This document shows positions 15,620-28,039 of a stretch of 64,000 bases of DNA, one piece after another; position 1 is the stretch's first letter; every line of letters begins with the position of its first letter. The position numbers were made by a program, and so were the translations under genes. Origin of the DNA: Macrostomum lignano (lineage: Eukaryota); assembly GCA_002269645.1 (NCBI GenBank), contig NIVC01000876.1, forward strand, positions 188,614 to 252,613, read 5' to 3'. The notes under the pieces were generated by a model that was given only the letters and a program-made list of their open reading frames with translations, made no database searches and had not been told where the DNA came from.

Positions 15620-16253
15620 GCAGCCAAAACAACAGAAAAAGCAGACAAACTTCATATGCTTACAGTTTCTGTCCTGATTGAGATACAGAGTTGAGACTTT
15701 ACATTTAGACAAAGAATGAGTCAATGAAGAATTGTGTCAAGTTTGAAGTTAATCGCTTCACATGGAACAAACTTATGGCAGCTGAAAGTTAGTCAATTTT
15801 GAAACCTTTTTACACATCTGGGCCCAGATCGGCATCGGGAAAAAGAGGCAGGTGGGCGGAGGTTGGGGTGGTTGCTATGCTGAAAAAACAGCCTAACTTT
15901 TAAAGTGCACAGCACCGCTCAGGATTAACTTTGAGACTCAAAATTTTACATGATTGTGCCAAAATAGTTTAAGATTATTTGTGTCAAATTTGAAGAGAAT
16001 TGGTAGAAGTGGAGTGGAGCTATAGAGGATTAAGTGAAAAAATCGCGCATTTTGAGCAGTTTTTTGTACTTTTAGGTAGGAAAACTTAGGTCTAGGAAAT
16101 TTAAAGGTAGCCTAAGACATTCTCCGTAGTAAGTTTAGGGTGGGTGTAAAGTTTGGTGTCATTTGGTTGAGCGGTTTGGGAGTCCATAGCGAAGTAATTT
16201 GTCCACAGACAGACAGACAGATAGATAGAGTTTTGATTTTTATATGTATAGAT
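15620..16253 (+). mobile_element. Helentron/DINE-1-like non-autonomous element
   Basis: Repeated internal AAGTTTG/AAATTTG motifs, a short (GACA)n tract near the end and a terminal TTTTATATGTATAGAT, the layout typical of HINE/Helitron-N elements. The left edge is approximate. Confidence 0.5.
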
Positions 16254-17704
16254 ATGCTGTACATGAATAGTTTATAGCTTTTTGAAAGGGAATTTGAATT
16301 GAGGATACTAAGAAGCTGTTGAGCTCGATCAACACCACAACTAGCAATTTTGCATAAAAAAGCTAATTAATCTTTACTTCTATTAAACAAATTGTCAAGC
16401 AAAGTTATGTTGTTATACTGCACTTAAACTGTAAGTACTAAACTAAATTATTTCCATGGCATATGTGGAGGATGGGCCAGCTGTCTCATTAGTGTGCTGT
16501 GCGGATAAGCAGAAAATTATTCCCACAGTACTGTTGGAATAAGACAGAAATTATTCCTACAGTACCGTGGAGATAAGCACTGCCAAAAGTTTTTGGCTAG
16601 GCCTAATTGATTTTTACCAAAACATTTTTTGGAAAATCATCTAGGATTCATGTTATAGGACTTGCAGGTTGAATTTTACATTAAATAAGATTATCCTTTG
16701 GTCCTTGCCCTTGTACTTACCTTAGGCCTAAACTTGCTTTAAAGAATGTCTTAGATAGGCTACCTTAAAATTTCTTAAATCCAAGTCTTCCTATCTAAAA
16801 ATGCAAAAAAATGCTAAAAAGTATATTTCCATAGGTATCCACACTTTTGGTGCCTATATTTTTGGTGACCAGCATTTCAGTTGCCCTAGTTTGCTTTTTG
16901 GTTCCTATATTATAAAGTAGAATTAGGCAAAAAATATAGAAAGTGAGCCATAATTCAGCAATTAGTGATAAGTATTATAATTATTATAATAGTTATTATA
17001 ATAAGTATTATTCATTTTGTTAAGCTAAATTGCAATTTTGATTTTTTTTAAAAGTCAATTTATTTGAATTTTTTTATTTTGTCTCTTAACTTTTAATGAC
17101 TTGATTTTTTACATGATTATATAACTTGAAAAATCAATACTAAAATGGATTTGTCCCATTTCATAATTTTGATCAAAACTATATATAATAACAATAGTTG
17201 ATAGATTTCATCTTTACATAGCTAAGTCTTTTTAGCAATGTGCGGGTTCCTTGATAGATAATTCTCCCAACAGATATTTTTTCCTTTGAGCAGATAATTG
17301 AAAGAAAAAAGGAATTCATGCTTTGAGATACATTCTTTACTCTGATGCCATATTCAGCTTAAAAGAATTATAAGCAGAAATTTTCTATCCCAAAAAACTG
17401 GCACAAATGCAAAGTATATCAAAAGATGAATTCATTTGGCACCACTTACAAACACATTTTGGAAGCAAATATCTCGGGAAATACAAAATGCAATCATGTG
17501 TCTAAGATGTCATTGCAAAGCTAAGACATGCGTCAAGAATTGATAAAAGTTTAAGAGAAAGTGATTAAAGCATAGAGATGTAGCAATTAATCAAAGTTTT
17601 GGATGATCTTAGTTGAAGATTTTTGATCAACTAAAAGTTTGATTTATTGCTGCATTTCAATGCTTCAATCATTTGGTCTGAAACTTTTATTAGTTCCAGA
17701 GCAA

Positions 17705-17712
17705 AAAATGAT

Positions 17713-17783
<71 letters not shown>

Positions 17784-18035
17784 AAGATGAGAGGAGAGAG
17801 AGAAGTAGAAAGAGAAGCAAAAGCAAAGGAGAGAAAAAGAAGAGAGAAGAGATAAAAGAATAGAGTAAAGAGAAAAGAGAGGAGAGATGAAAGAAGAGAT
17901 AAGAGAGGAGAAGGAGGAGAAAAAGAAGAAAAAAGGAGGGATGAGTAAAGAGAGGAAAGAGAAGACAAGAAAGAGTAGAGTAGAGATTAGCAATAATGAG
18001 AGATGAAGAAAGAAGGAAATAAAGACGAGAGAGAA
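17705..18035. repeat. (GA)n followed by a purine-rich low-complexity tract
   Basis: About 30 GA units, then degenerate GA/AAG sequence. Confidence 0.92.
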
Positions 18036-19764
18036 GTCTTAAAAGTTAAAAGTTTTAAAGGACACAATTGAAATAGAAGAAGCAGAAGCCAGAGTTTGCC
18101 AATGAAGGTTTAGCCAAATGTTATTCTATGTAGCACAACAGCATTTAAAAAAAGCATGCAAAAATAGTTCTAGGGATTCAAATTCAATGGGCTCAAAATC
18201 CAAAGGTTTAAATAGCTTGTCATATTATAAATGCTTCCTATTAATTTCTAGAAATTTAAATAGTATTAATTTTGTCAACAAAATAAGTCAAGTAGACCAT
18301 GAAAAATGAAATATATTGTTTTTTCAAATAATATAGTTAGACACTCTAGTAAGATTATGAAAGTTTTCAACAATTTTGTTTTATTTCATAAATCTTAAAT
18401 GCTTAAGTAAAGAAGATCATGTATAGCGTCAGTATAGCGTCATGTTTCTAAGATTTGTCAAATACTAAAAATATCATATTTAATTAAACATATAGTATTG
18501 GCAGTCTTAAATTCAAATTACTGCTAGAAACTTTTATGTATATAACATTATCCAATAGTGTTAGTGTTAGCTGTAGCTATGGCTACAGGATCCTAAGGCA
18601 AATATGGTAAAATAGGTGCTTATGGCAGCTAAGGATACGTCTACAGTAGCTAGCTGCTGTTACGGCTACAACTATAGAAATATGGTAGTTGCTGTCACTT
18701 TCCCTAGATTCCTATAGCTGTAGTTATTAATTAAAAAATTGAAAAAAATATTAGAAACTGGTAGAGTAAAACAAATATACTTTAGTAAACTGTATTATTA
18801 ACTTATACACTTATAGAATATACCTAATAAAGTACAATAACACTAGCAAACTCTAATTTTTATTAATGTGAAAAGTTCAGCATTAGTACTTTCAGTAGCA
18901 ATTAAGTATTGTTGCTCTGTAAAAAGACAAAATATAATTTTTCAAAGGCAATCAAGTGTTTCTTTTATTTTCTAAATTAATTTGCAGTTGTTTAAGCACC
19001 AGTTTATTTTCTTGATTTAAAATATTTTGTTTTCTAGACTTATTGTTAAAACTATGGCTACAGCTACAGGAACTATGGGAATATGGTAATATTGGGGTCC
19101 CTATGGCTATGGATTACCGAATTAGAATAAGCCATAGTTTTGCTTACAGCTATGGCTATAGTACATAGACCCTCCTTATGGCGGAACACTATTATCCAAA
19201 GTATGAAGTATATCTAAATATACTTTTCCATATACTAAAAATGAGTTGTTTGTTTGTACGAAATCGATTATCTCCCAAATGGCTGAACCGATTTTGTTCA
19301 AATTTGCACTGTTCGATCAGAAATTTTCCCGGGACAGTACATGTATCTTGGCTAAGAAATTGCTAAATGCTAAAGGGATTAAATATTTGAAAAACATGCT
19401 TTTTTGCAAAGGTCAAGCAAACTTTTCGACTTGAAATGCATTTTAAGAATGCTAGAGAAAAAACTGACTGGTTGAATTCTGATTCTGAAATAGATTGCAT
19501 CATAACTGAATTGTAACTCCAACTTGAATTGTGTCATAGTATTGAAAATGCAGTGTGGAAGCGTAGCACCAGACTTGATTTATTTTGCGTAACCATATTG
19601 TTAACTGATACTGACTGACTGAGAAATTGATTATGTCATAACTGCCTCGTGTGATTTACTCTATGCTTGGAGTAAACAGACTGAACTGCTAAATGCAGGG
19701 ACAATGGTTCGAATTTTGAAAGAGTGGAGTTTTTTAATTAAAGCTTTTTAACGCCAAGAAAACT

Positions 19765-20600
19765 AAAAAATCATTGAAGCGTCATGTAAAAAATCATAAA
19801 AGCGTCATGTAAAAAATCATAGAAGCGTCATGTAAACAATCATAGAAGCGTCATGTAAAAAGCATAGAAGCGTCATGAAAAAATCATAGAAGCGTCATGA
19901 AAAAATCATAGAAGTGTCATGAAAAAATCATAGAAGCGTCATGAAAAAATCATAGAAGCGTCATGTAAACAATCCTAAAAGCGTCATGTAAACAATCATA
20001 GAAGTGTCATGAAAAAATCATAGAAGCGTCATGTAAAAAATCATAGAAGCGTCATGAAAAAATCATAGAAGCGTCATGAAAAAAATCATAGAAGCGTCAT
20101 AAAAAAATCATAGAAGCGTCATGTAAAAAATCATAGAAGCGTCATGTAAAAAATCATATAAGCGTCATGAAAAAATCATAGAAGCGTCATGTAAAAAGCA
20201 TAGAAGCGTCATGAAAAAATCATAGAAGCGTCATGAAAAAAATATCATAGAAGCGTCATGAAAAAATCATAGAAGCGTCATGAAAAAATCATAGAAGCGT
20301 CATGAAAAAATCATAGAAGCGTCATGAAAAAATCATAGAAGCGTCATGAAAAAATCATAGAAGCGTCATGAAAAAATCATAGAAGCGTCATGAAAAAATC
20401 ATAGAAGCGTCATGTAAACAATCCTAAAAGCGTCATGAAAAAATCATAGAAGCGTCATGTAAACAATCATAGAAGCGTCATGAAAAAATCATAGAAGCCT
20501 CATATAAAAACTAATGAAAGTGTCATTTAAAAAAATAAAGAAGCATCATGGAAGAATAAAAGAAGCGTCATGTCAGACATGAAATAAGTGTCATGTAAAA
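19765..20600. repeat. 22-bp minisatellite (AAAAAATCATAGAAGCGTCATG)n
   Basis: About 36 copies. Confidence 0.97.
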
Positions 20601-21047
20601 ATTAAATGAAGCTATAGTGCTGTGCTGGGAAGAATTACTGAGACGTTAGGCTCACAGACAATAACTGAGATTACAGGGGGGTTTCTGAGATGTCAAAGCA
20701 AAAGTCAGAAGCTACTTCAAAGTTCATGTACTTTACTTAACTTTTTTATTGCATTCTCTGTTGGCTCGCCACGGGGGGCGCTGATAGAAGAAGAGTAATG
20801 TAAAAATAAAAGTAGCACTATGTATACATAAAATAAAAGTCATGTCAAAGAAGGAAGGAATCACTTAAATGCCAAGGCTTAGGGAAGAAGAATTGCTGAG
20901 ATTTCAAGGCTTTAGGTTGGGTTAAAGTTAGGTTTAGGTCAGGTTTGGGTTGAGGGTTAGATTTTAGTGGGTTTCAAGGTTAAAAGGGGATTTTTTAGAT
21001 TTCAAGGTTTATGGGGGCATCGCTGACATGTCAAGGCTTACGAGGGG

Positions 21048-21048
21048 A

Positions 21049-21103
<55 letters not shown>

Positions 21104-21110
21104 CATCTAT
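21048..21110. repeat. (TATC)n microsatellite
   Basis: About 15 copies. Confidence 0.95.
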
Positions 21111-21389
21111 AGCTGAGATGTCAAGGCTCACGGGCGAATAAATGAGATGTCAAGGCTAAAGTCAGAAGCTACATGTAGTTTATTGAAAAAAGTTATTATA
21201 TTATTTGTTGGCTCCTCACGGAGGGATCGCTGATAGAAAAAGCATAATGTAAAAAATAAAAGAAGCTTCATGTCGAAGTTAAGAGATTCATTTGGGAATC
21301 CCTACGATGTCGAGGCTTGCAGGGAATCGCTATAATGCTGTAGTAGTGCTATAATGACTCTTAGAGAGAATTACTGAAATTTCAATGCT

Positions 21390-21417
21390 TTAGGGTTAGG
21401 GTTAGGGTTAGGGTTAG
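21390..21417 (+). repeat. Interstitial telomeric (TTAGGG)4, with a degenerate counterpart at about 20911-20960
   Basis: TTAGGGTTAGGGTTAGGGTTAGGGTTAG is read directly. Confidence 0.85.
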
Positions 21418-22156
21418 AAAGTAGACAGATTTTTAAAGATTTCAAGGCTTATGGGGGCATCGCTGAGATGTCAAGGGGGGAGTTGATATGTTAAGGCTTG
21501 TGGGGGGAATTGCTGACATGTCAAGGCTTACAAGGGTACTGGTAGCTCGTAGCGTACTGGAGCGTACTGGTAGAAGTAGCTCTGAAAGAAGGCAAGTATG
21601 GTTGAATTTCAATGTCTGTTATAAAATTCTGCACAAGAATGTTTTATTGGTACATAATCCCAGAATTAAAATGAGAATTCGATTCCTAGTCCCCTCCCTA
21701 AGGATTTTTTTTCATTTTAAAGGATTCGTCCCTTGCTTATTGGCCACCCCGAAGGGGGGCGCTAGATTGCTAGTTATAATACCTATTTTTAATATTATTT
21801 TTTATCATTTACTTTAGTGACAAATTATGATCTTTACTTTTCTTTGTTAAGAGATACAGGTTTCAAAAATAATGGCAGATGGAATTCTTCCTAGTCTAGT
21901 AATTTTTTTAAACTTTGGTAGAAGTTTGAAGAATTAAAATAAACTCTAAATGTATCAGACTTTGCTAGACAATACTAGCATGATAATTAATTTTAGTATA
22001 TCTTTAAGATAAATGTTGATATTTTTGAGTTTAATATATCTGAGCAAAGAAACTACAAAATAATTTGTTTTGTAACTTTTGGCTTTACTTGTATTTTTAA
22101 TGCAAACTTGCTTCAACCAAATGATGATAATCAATTTGCATGGCACTCTGGCCGCC

Positions 22157-25100
22157 ATGCCCCTGCCTAGCAAGTCTCGGGTGTATGCAGATGCCAATCA
22201 GGTCCGGGAACGGCAGTACTGGGACTACGAAGTGCTTGTGATTGAATGGGGCAACCAGGATGACTATCAGATTGTGCGCAAGCTCGGCCGGGGCAAGTAC
22301 TCGGAGGTGTTCGAGGGAATCAATGTTGCCGCGAATGAGAAAATTGTCATTAAGGTGAGCGCATTAAAATGCTTTTAATATTGCCAGCATTGTGTCAAAT
22401 TTATCAGCAGAATTTGAATCCGTCTCATAGTCTTCTAGATTATATTTCTCATGACTCATGGATTTCTGTCAGTCATAGCTCATGACCCATATAGATTTGT
22501 CAGTCATTACTCATGACCCATTTAGACTTGTGTCAGTCATAGCTCATGACTCATTTAGATTTTGTCAGTCATAGCTCATGACCCAATTAGATTTCTGTCA
22601 GTCATTGCTCATGACCCATTTAGATTTCTGTCAGCCATTGCTCATGACCCAATTAGATTTTGTCAGTCATAGCTCATGACCCAATTAGATTTCTGTCAGT
22701 CATTGCTCATGACCCATTTAGATTTCTGTCAGCCATTGCTCATGACCCAATTAGATTTGTGTCAGTCATAGCTCATGACCCATTTAGATTTGTGTCAGTC
22801 ATAGCTCATGACCCATTTAGATCTGTGCCAGTCAGCTCATGACCCATTTAGATTTCATCTACAAAAGTCTTCAAAATTGGCAGGTGCTCAAGCCGGTAAA
22901 AAAGAAGAAGATCAAGCGGGAGATCAAGATTCTGGAGAATCTGAAAGGCGGCGTCAACATCATCGGTCTCCAGGGCATCGTCAAGGACCCGGTGTCGCGC
23001 ACGCCCGCCCTGATCTTCGAGCACGTGAACAACGCGGACTTCAAGCAGCTGTACCAGACTCTCACGGACTATGATATTCGATTCTACCTATTCGAACTGC
23101 TGAAGGCATTGGACTATTGTCACAGCAAGGGCATCATGCATCGGGATGTGAAGCCGCACAATGTCATGATTGACCACGAGCACAGAAAGGTTAGTTAGCC
23201 AAACTAAGCTGAGCACTAAGTAGATGTCGAAGCATCAGCCTATTAACATAAAGGTATACTTACTCCCGCTTTTTACCCAACAGTCGGTATGATGAAGATC
23301 TGGAATTTTAGCCGATAAATTACTTTACTATTTTTAACCTCTATCGCTGCATTACAATGCGACAGTGGCTATCGATACATATCGGCATACATTAGCTACG
23401 ATTCACTTGTAGCAGGCAGTCGATCTGTGGAGGCTCTTTGATTTTTCTGGAGCCGTTCACTTTTGCAGCTGTTTGACAGCACAAGATCTTTTAATGCTCT
23501 TTTAATATCTTTTTATCTACATTCCCCAGTTTATCTGATAGATGTGAATTCCCTAGTTTATCTCAGAGATCTGATTTCCCCAGTTCATCTCAGAGATCTG
23601 AATTTTTCAGTTTACCTCAGAGATCTGAATTCCCCAGTTCATCTCAGAGATCTGAATTCCCCAGTTTATTTGAGAGATCTGAATTCCCCAGTTCATCTCA
23701 GAGATCTGAATTCCCCAGTTTATCTCAGAGATCTGAATTCCCCCGTTTATCTCAGAGATCTGAATTCCCCAGTTTATCTCAGAGATCTGAATTCCCCAGT
23801 TCATCTCAGAGATCTGAATTTCCCAGTTTATCTCAGAGATCTGAATTCCCCAGTTTATCTCAGAGATCTGAATTCCCCAGTTCATCTCAGAGATCTGAAT
23901 TTCCCAGTTTATCTCAGAGATCTGAATTCCCCCGTTTATCTCAGAGATCTGAATTCCCCAGTTAATTTGAGAGATCTGAATTCCCCAGTTCATCTCAGAG
24001 ATCTGAATTTCCCAGTTTATCTCAGAGATCTGAATTCCCCCGTTTATCTCAGAGATCTGAATTCCCCAGTTTATCTCAGAGATCTGAATTCCCCAGTTTA
24101 TCTCAGAGATCTGAATTCCCCAGTTCATCTCAGAGATCTGAATTCCCCAGTTTATCTCAGAGATCTGAATTCCCCAGTTTATCTCAGAGATCTGAATTCC
24201 CCAGTTTATCTCAGAGATCTGAATTCCCCAGTTTATCTCAGAGATCTGAATTCCCCAGTTTACTTTACCTAAATTCTTGCAGCTTCGCCTCATTGACTGG
24301 GGCCTTGCGGAGTTCTACCACGCCGGCCAGGAGTACAATGTGCGGGTGGCATCCCGGTACTTCAAGGGGCCCGAACTGCTGCTGGATTATCAGGTTTGCC
24401 TTTGACATCGCCTTGCTTTGATACTTTAAATATCATTGCGAAATATAACCTCTGGTATGGCAGCTCAGGTAGCTTCAGGTATGGCAGCTCAGGTAGCTTC
24501 AGGTATGGCAGCTCAGGTAGCTTCAGGTATGGCAGCTCAGGTAGCTTCAGGTATGGCAGCTCAGGTAGCTTCAGGTATGGCAGCTCAGGTAGCTTCAGGT
24601 ATGGCAGCTCAGGTAGCTTCAGGTATGGCAGCTCAGGTAGCTTCAGGTATGGCAGCTCAGGTAGCTTCAGGTATGGCAGCTCAGGTAGCTTCAGATATGG
24701 CAGCTCAGGTAGCTTCAGGTATGGCAGCTCAGGTAGCCTCAGCTTCCTCGCTTCACACGCCCGTCCAGATGTACGATTACTCCTTGGACATGTGGAGCCT
24801 GGGCTGCATGTTCGCCTCCATGATCTTCAAGAAGGAGCCGTTCTTCCACGGCCACGACAACTACGACCAGCTGGTGCGCATCGCCAAGGTGCTGGGCACC
24901 GACGAGCTGTTCGCCTACATCAGGAAGTACCAGATGGCATTGGACGCGCGGTTTAACGACATTCTGGCCAAGCACAGCAGGAAGCGGTGGGAGCGCTTCG
25001 TCCATACCGCAAATCAGCATCTCGTCAGCGCCGAGGCCATCGACTTTCTCGATCGGCTGCTGCGCTACGATCACGCGGAGCGCCTCACCGCCAGGGAGGC

Positions 25101-26377
25101 CATGGAGCATCCTTACTTCAGTGAGCTGAGCTGGCGTGTGGGATATGGGAATGAAGTGTGGGATCTGGGACTGAAGTGTGGGGATCTGGGAATGAAGTGT
25201 GGGATATGGGACTGAAGTGTGGGGATCTAAGACTGAAGTGTGGGATATGGGACTGAAGTGTAGGGATATGGAATGAAGTGTGGGATATGGGACTGAAGTG
25301 TGGGATATGGGACTGAAGTGTAGGGATCTGAACTGAAGTGTAGCGATATGGACTAAAGTGTGGGATATAGACGAAAGTGTGGGATATGGGACTGAAGTGT
25401 GGGGATATAGGAATGAAGTGTGGGATATGGGACTGAAGTGTGGGGATCTAAGACTGAAGTGTGGGATATGGACTGAAGTGTAGGGATATGGGACTGAAGT
25501 GTAGGGATATGGGACTGAAGTGTAGGGATATGGGGCTGAAGTGTAGGGATCTGAGACTGTAGTGTAGGGATCTATTGCTCTATATCTGGGATCTAGGTTC
25601 TAGATAAAAGATATAGAAATATAGTTATGGGTGGGATCTGAGACTTGAGACTGAAGCAGCATCTGAGTCAATGGAGCTCCGTCCCCCTCTGTCTGCCCCG
25701 CAGCTCCCATCGTGCGGGACCAGGGCGGCATGCCGCCAGCAAACTCCTCCGCTCTCGCACCTGACGGCACGGCCGGTTCCGCTGGGGCCACCGGCATCGG
25801 CGGCAGCTCCGCAGGCGGTGAGTAGATTATGAGATGCTGGGAGATTAGATTATGAGATGCTGGGAGATTAGATTATGAGATGCTAGAAGATTAGAGATGC
25901 TAAGAGATAGATTATGAGATGCTAGGAGATTAGATCATGAGATGCTGGGAGATTAGATTATGAGATGCTAGGAGATTAGATTATGAGATGCTAGGAGATT
26001 AGATTATGAGATGCTAAGAGATTAGATTATGAGATGCTAGGAGATTAGATCATGAGATGCTAGGAGATTAGATTATGAGATGCTAGGAGATAGATTATGA
26101 GATGCTGGAAGATTAGATTATGAGATGCTAGGACATTAGATCATGAGAGTCTAGGAGATAGATTATGAGATGCTAGGAGATTAGATCATGAGATGCTAGG
26201 AGATTAGAATATGAGATGCTGGGAGATTAGATCATGAGCTGTCAGGAGATTAGATCAAGAGCTGCTAGGAGATTAGATAATGAGCTGAAAAATGTCGAAT
26301 CGCTTCTCCCAACCCCCGCAGCTGTCGGCTACGGCACAGCCACCTCAGGCAGTTCGGGTCCCATCTATCAGAACTGA
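22157..26377 (+). CDS. CSNK2A1: Casein kinase II catalytic subunit alpha, 378 aa
   Basis: Exons 22157-22354, 22884-23189, 24283-24393, 24769-25120, 25704-25817 and 26322-26377 total 1137 nt; all introns are GT-AG with matching phases. GCCGCCATG Kozak context. Motifs [62 protein letters not shown]. Gly/Ala/Ser-rich C-terminal tail. AATAAA near 26393. Confidence 0.97.
22460..22858. repeat. 33-bp minisatellite (TCAGTCATAGCTCATGACCCATTTAGATTTGTG)n, CK2 intron 1
   Basis: About 12 copies, ending about 25 bp before the acceptor. Confidence 0.96.
23520..24262. repeat. 27-bp minisatellite (AGAGATCTGAATTCCCCAGTTTATCTC)n, CK2 intron 2
   Basis: About 27 copies, ending about 20 bp before the acceptor. 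Confidence 0.97.
24454..24741. repeat. 24-bp minisatellite (GGTATGGCAGCTCAGGTAGCTTCA)x12, CK2 intron 3
   Basis: Twelve almost identical copies, ending 27 bp before the acceptor. Confidence 0.98.
25136..25572. repeat. 20-21-bp minisatellite (GTGTGGGATATGGGACTGAA)n, CK2 intron 4
   Basis: About 21 copies, starting about 15 bp after the donor. Confidence 0.96.
25822..26285. repeat. 23-bp minisatellite (AGATTAGATTATGAGATGCTAGG)n, CK2 intron 5
   Basis: About 20 copies, starting at the edge of the GTGAGT donor. Confidence 0.96.
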
Positions 26378-27134
26378 GTTGGCGGGCTTGGTTAATAAAT
26401 AATGCAAATTAATATTGACTGCATTGAAGCTCGGCGGGCGGCCGCGGGGCTGTTGGTAATAATCAATATTTTTTTATTCGTGATTCTGCAGTTGAGCTGT
26501 CTGTAGTGTTCGCGGTTTTATAATAATTTGTTTTAATTTTTTTCCAATTTCCAATTAATTTTTTCTTGATGTCTCACGCTTGAGAAATGAATGTTGGATA
26601 AAGTGAGCAAAGGGTGAAAAAGTAAGAGCAGGTAGTTTGGGATATAGATTTTGCTAACTGATTTGCCAACAATCAAAACAATAATTTCCTGGATTACCAT
26701 ATTTCCGTTCGTGTCAATTTCCTTTCCTAATCTGGAGCTTCTCCGACCGCTTCCTTCTCCGTCTGCTTCAATCTGTTGCTTTAACCTGAGACTTGAGTTT
26801 GTGCTGCACAAGTTTTAAATTGCCGAATTAAGTATCATACATTTATTCAATATTTAAATCTCTGTTTTATAAGGGGGGCGTGTGTGATCTGCTATATTGA
26901 ATATTGTGTGAAACATTGATCAACTTTAGTAGCCTGTCACATTTTCTCTCACTTATTACTGACTAAGAAGTAGTAATTGAAATTAATTCTAGTAAAAATA
27001 TAACTGTGTACATTTCTGCCCAATTATAACATGGCCGTTGGTGTTGGCGTTGCGCTTGAACTCACAGGCAGTGGACTGGCCTTGACTGACACGAACATCT
27101 TGCTGAATCTGCTTCTGTGTTTATTGCTTTTCCA

Positions 27135-27480
27135 TGTCAGGTGATAGCTGACTGACAGGACAGTCTGACTGCTACCTGTCAGGTGATAGCTGACTGACAG
27201 GGCATTCTGACTGCTACTTGTCAGGTGATAGCTGACTGACAGGACAGTCTGACTGCTACCTGTCAGGTGATAGCTGACTGACAGGACATTCTGACTGCTA
27301 CCTGTCAGGTGATAGCTGACTGACAGGGCATTCTGACTGCTACCTGACAGGTGATAGCTGACTGACAGGACATTCTGACTGCTACTTGTCAGGTGATAGC
27401 TGACTGACAGGACATTCTCACTGCTAACCTGTCAGGTGATAGCTGACTGACAGGACAGTCTGACTGCTACCTGTCAGGTG
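27135..27480. repeat. 42-bp minisatellite (TGTCAGGTGATAGCTGACTGACAGGACAGTCTGACTGCTACC)x8
   Basis: AG|GT junctions end at 27140, 27182, 27224, 27266, 27308, 27350, 27392, 27435 and 27477. Confidence 0.97.
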
Positions 27481-28039
27481 CTATTGGAATACGTATGTAA
27501 CAATGCATTTACTATCTGAAAATACTATTTATAAGTGCATACTCGAAGTTTCTAAATGCTAGCTGTGCAAATGCTTGTAAGCCTACTTTAAGTAGGCTAC
27601 GCGACACTCGATTTAATTCAACAGAACGATAGTAGAAAAAAACAGTTAAAAATTGCGAGCTCACGCACCAGCGCATGCAGATGTGGCGGCTGAAATCCGG
27701 GATGAAATGCGGGCGGAGTCGCTCGCTTCCCGTGGGGCCTCTTTGCCGGCCGGCTCCGAGTGGGGATCAATTGGTCCGGCTTTCTCGGGGCAACGCGGGC
27801 CCGTAGAGATAATCGCCTCTGCAATCTGCTGCCTGCTCTGTGTGTTTCACTGGCTCCCCTGGCACTGTCCTCGGAATCCCCCCAGGAGTGCCAAACTGAG
27901 CTCAGCGATGCAGAAAGAAACTTTTTGCCCGCATCCAGAATTCCCTATTGAAGATCATATATTGGTGGTTCTCCGTTCCTGCGTATGTCATTGCCTTCTT
28001 GTTGTTATTTTGACCCTCTGATTGTGTGCTGTTGCTGTC

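Larger units (their letters stand above)
14060..16605. mobile_element. Old non-autonomous hAT-like element (about 2.5 kb) with about 150-bp inverted ends and nested inserts
   Basis: 14060-14212 aligns with the reverse complement of 16455-16605 (about 80% by eye; ends TAGGC...). A perfect 8-bp direct repeat ATTGATTT flanks it (14052-14059 and 16606-16613). Confidence 0.7.
19213..21773 (+). mobile_element. Putative non-autonomous Helitron-like composite element
   Basis: 3' end: hairpin GCCACCCCGAAGGGGGGC (21743-21760), then CTAG|T at 21770-21774. Helitron-N-like 5' sequence at 19213-19340 (A|TC...ATATACTAAAAATGAGTTGTTTGTTTGT...GAACCGATTTTG). An alternative A|TC start lies at about 21049. Whether the two ends belong to one element is inferred. 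Confidence 0.45.

Noticed and set aside
22131-22142. TCAATTTGCATG upstream of the CK2 ATG, loosely like the 3' end of flatworm spliced leaders (which end in ATG)
   Set aside because: The match is short and gapped and relies on my recall of the leader. It is equally an octamer motif (ATTTGCAT), and the gene retains introns, so it is not a retrocopy.
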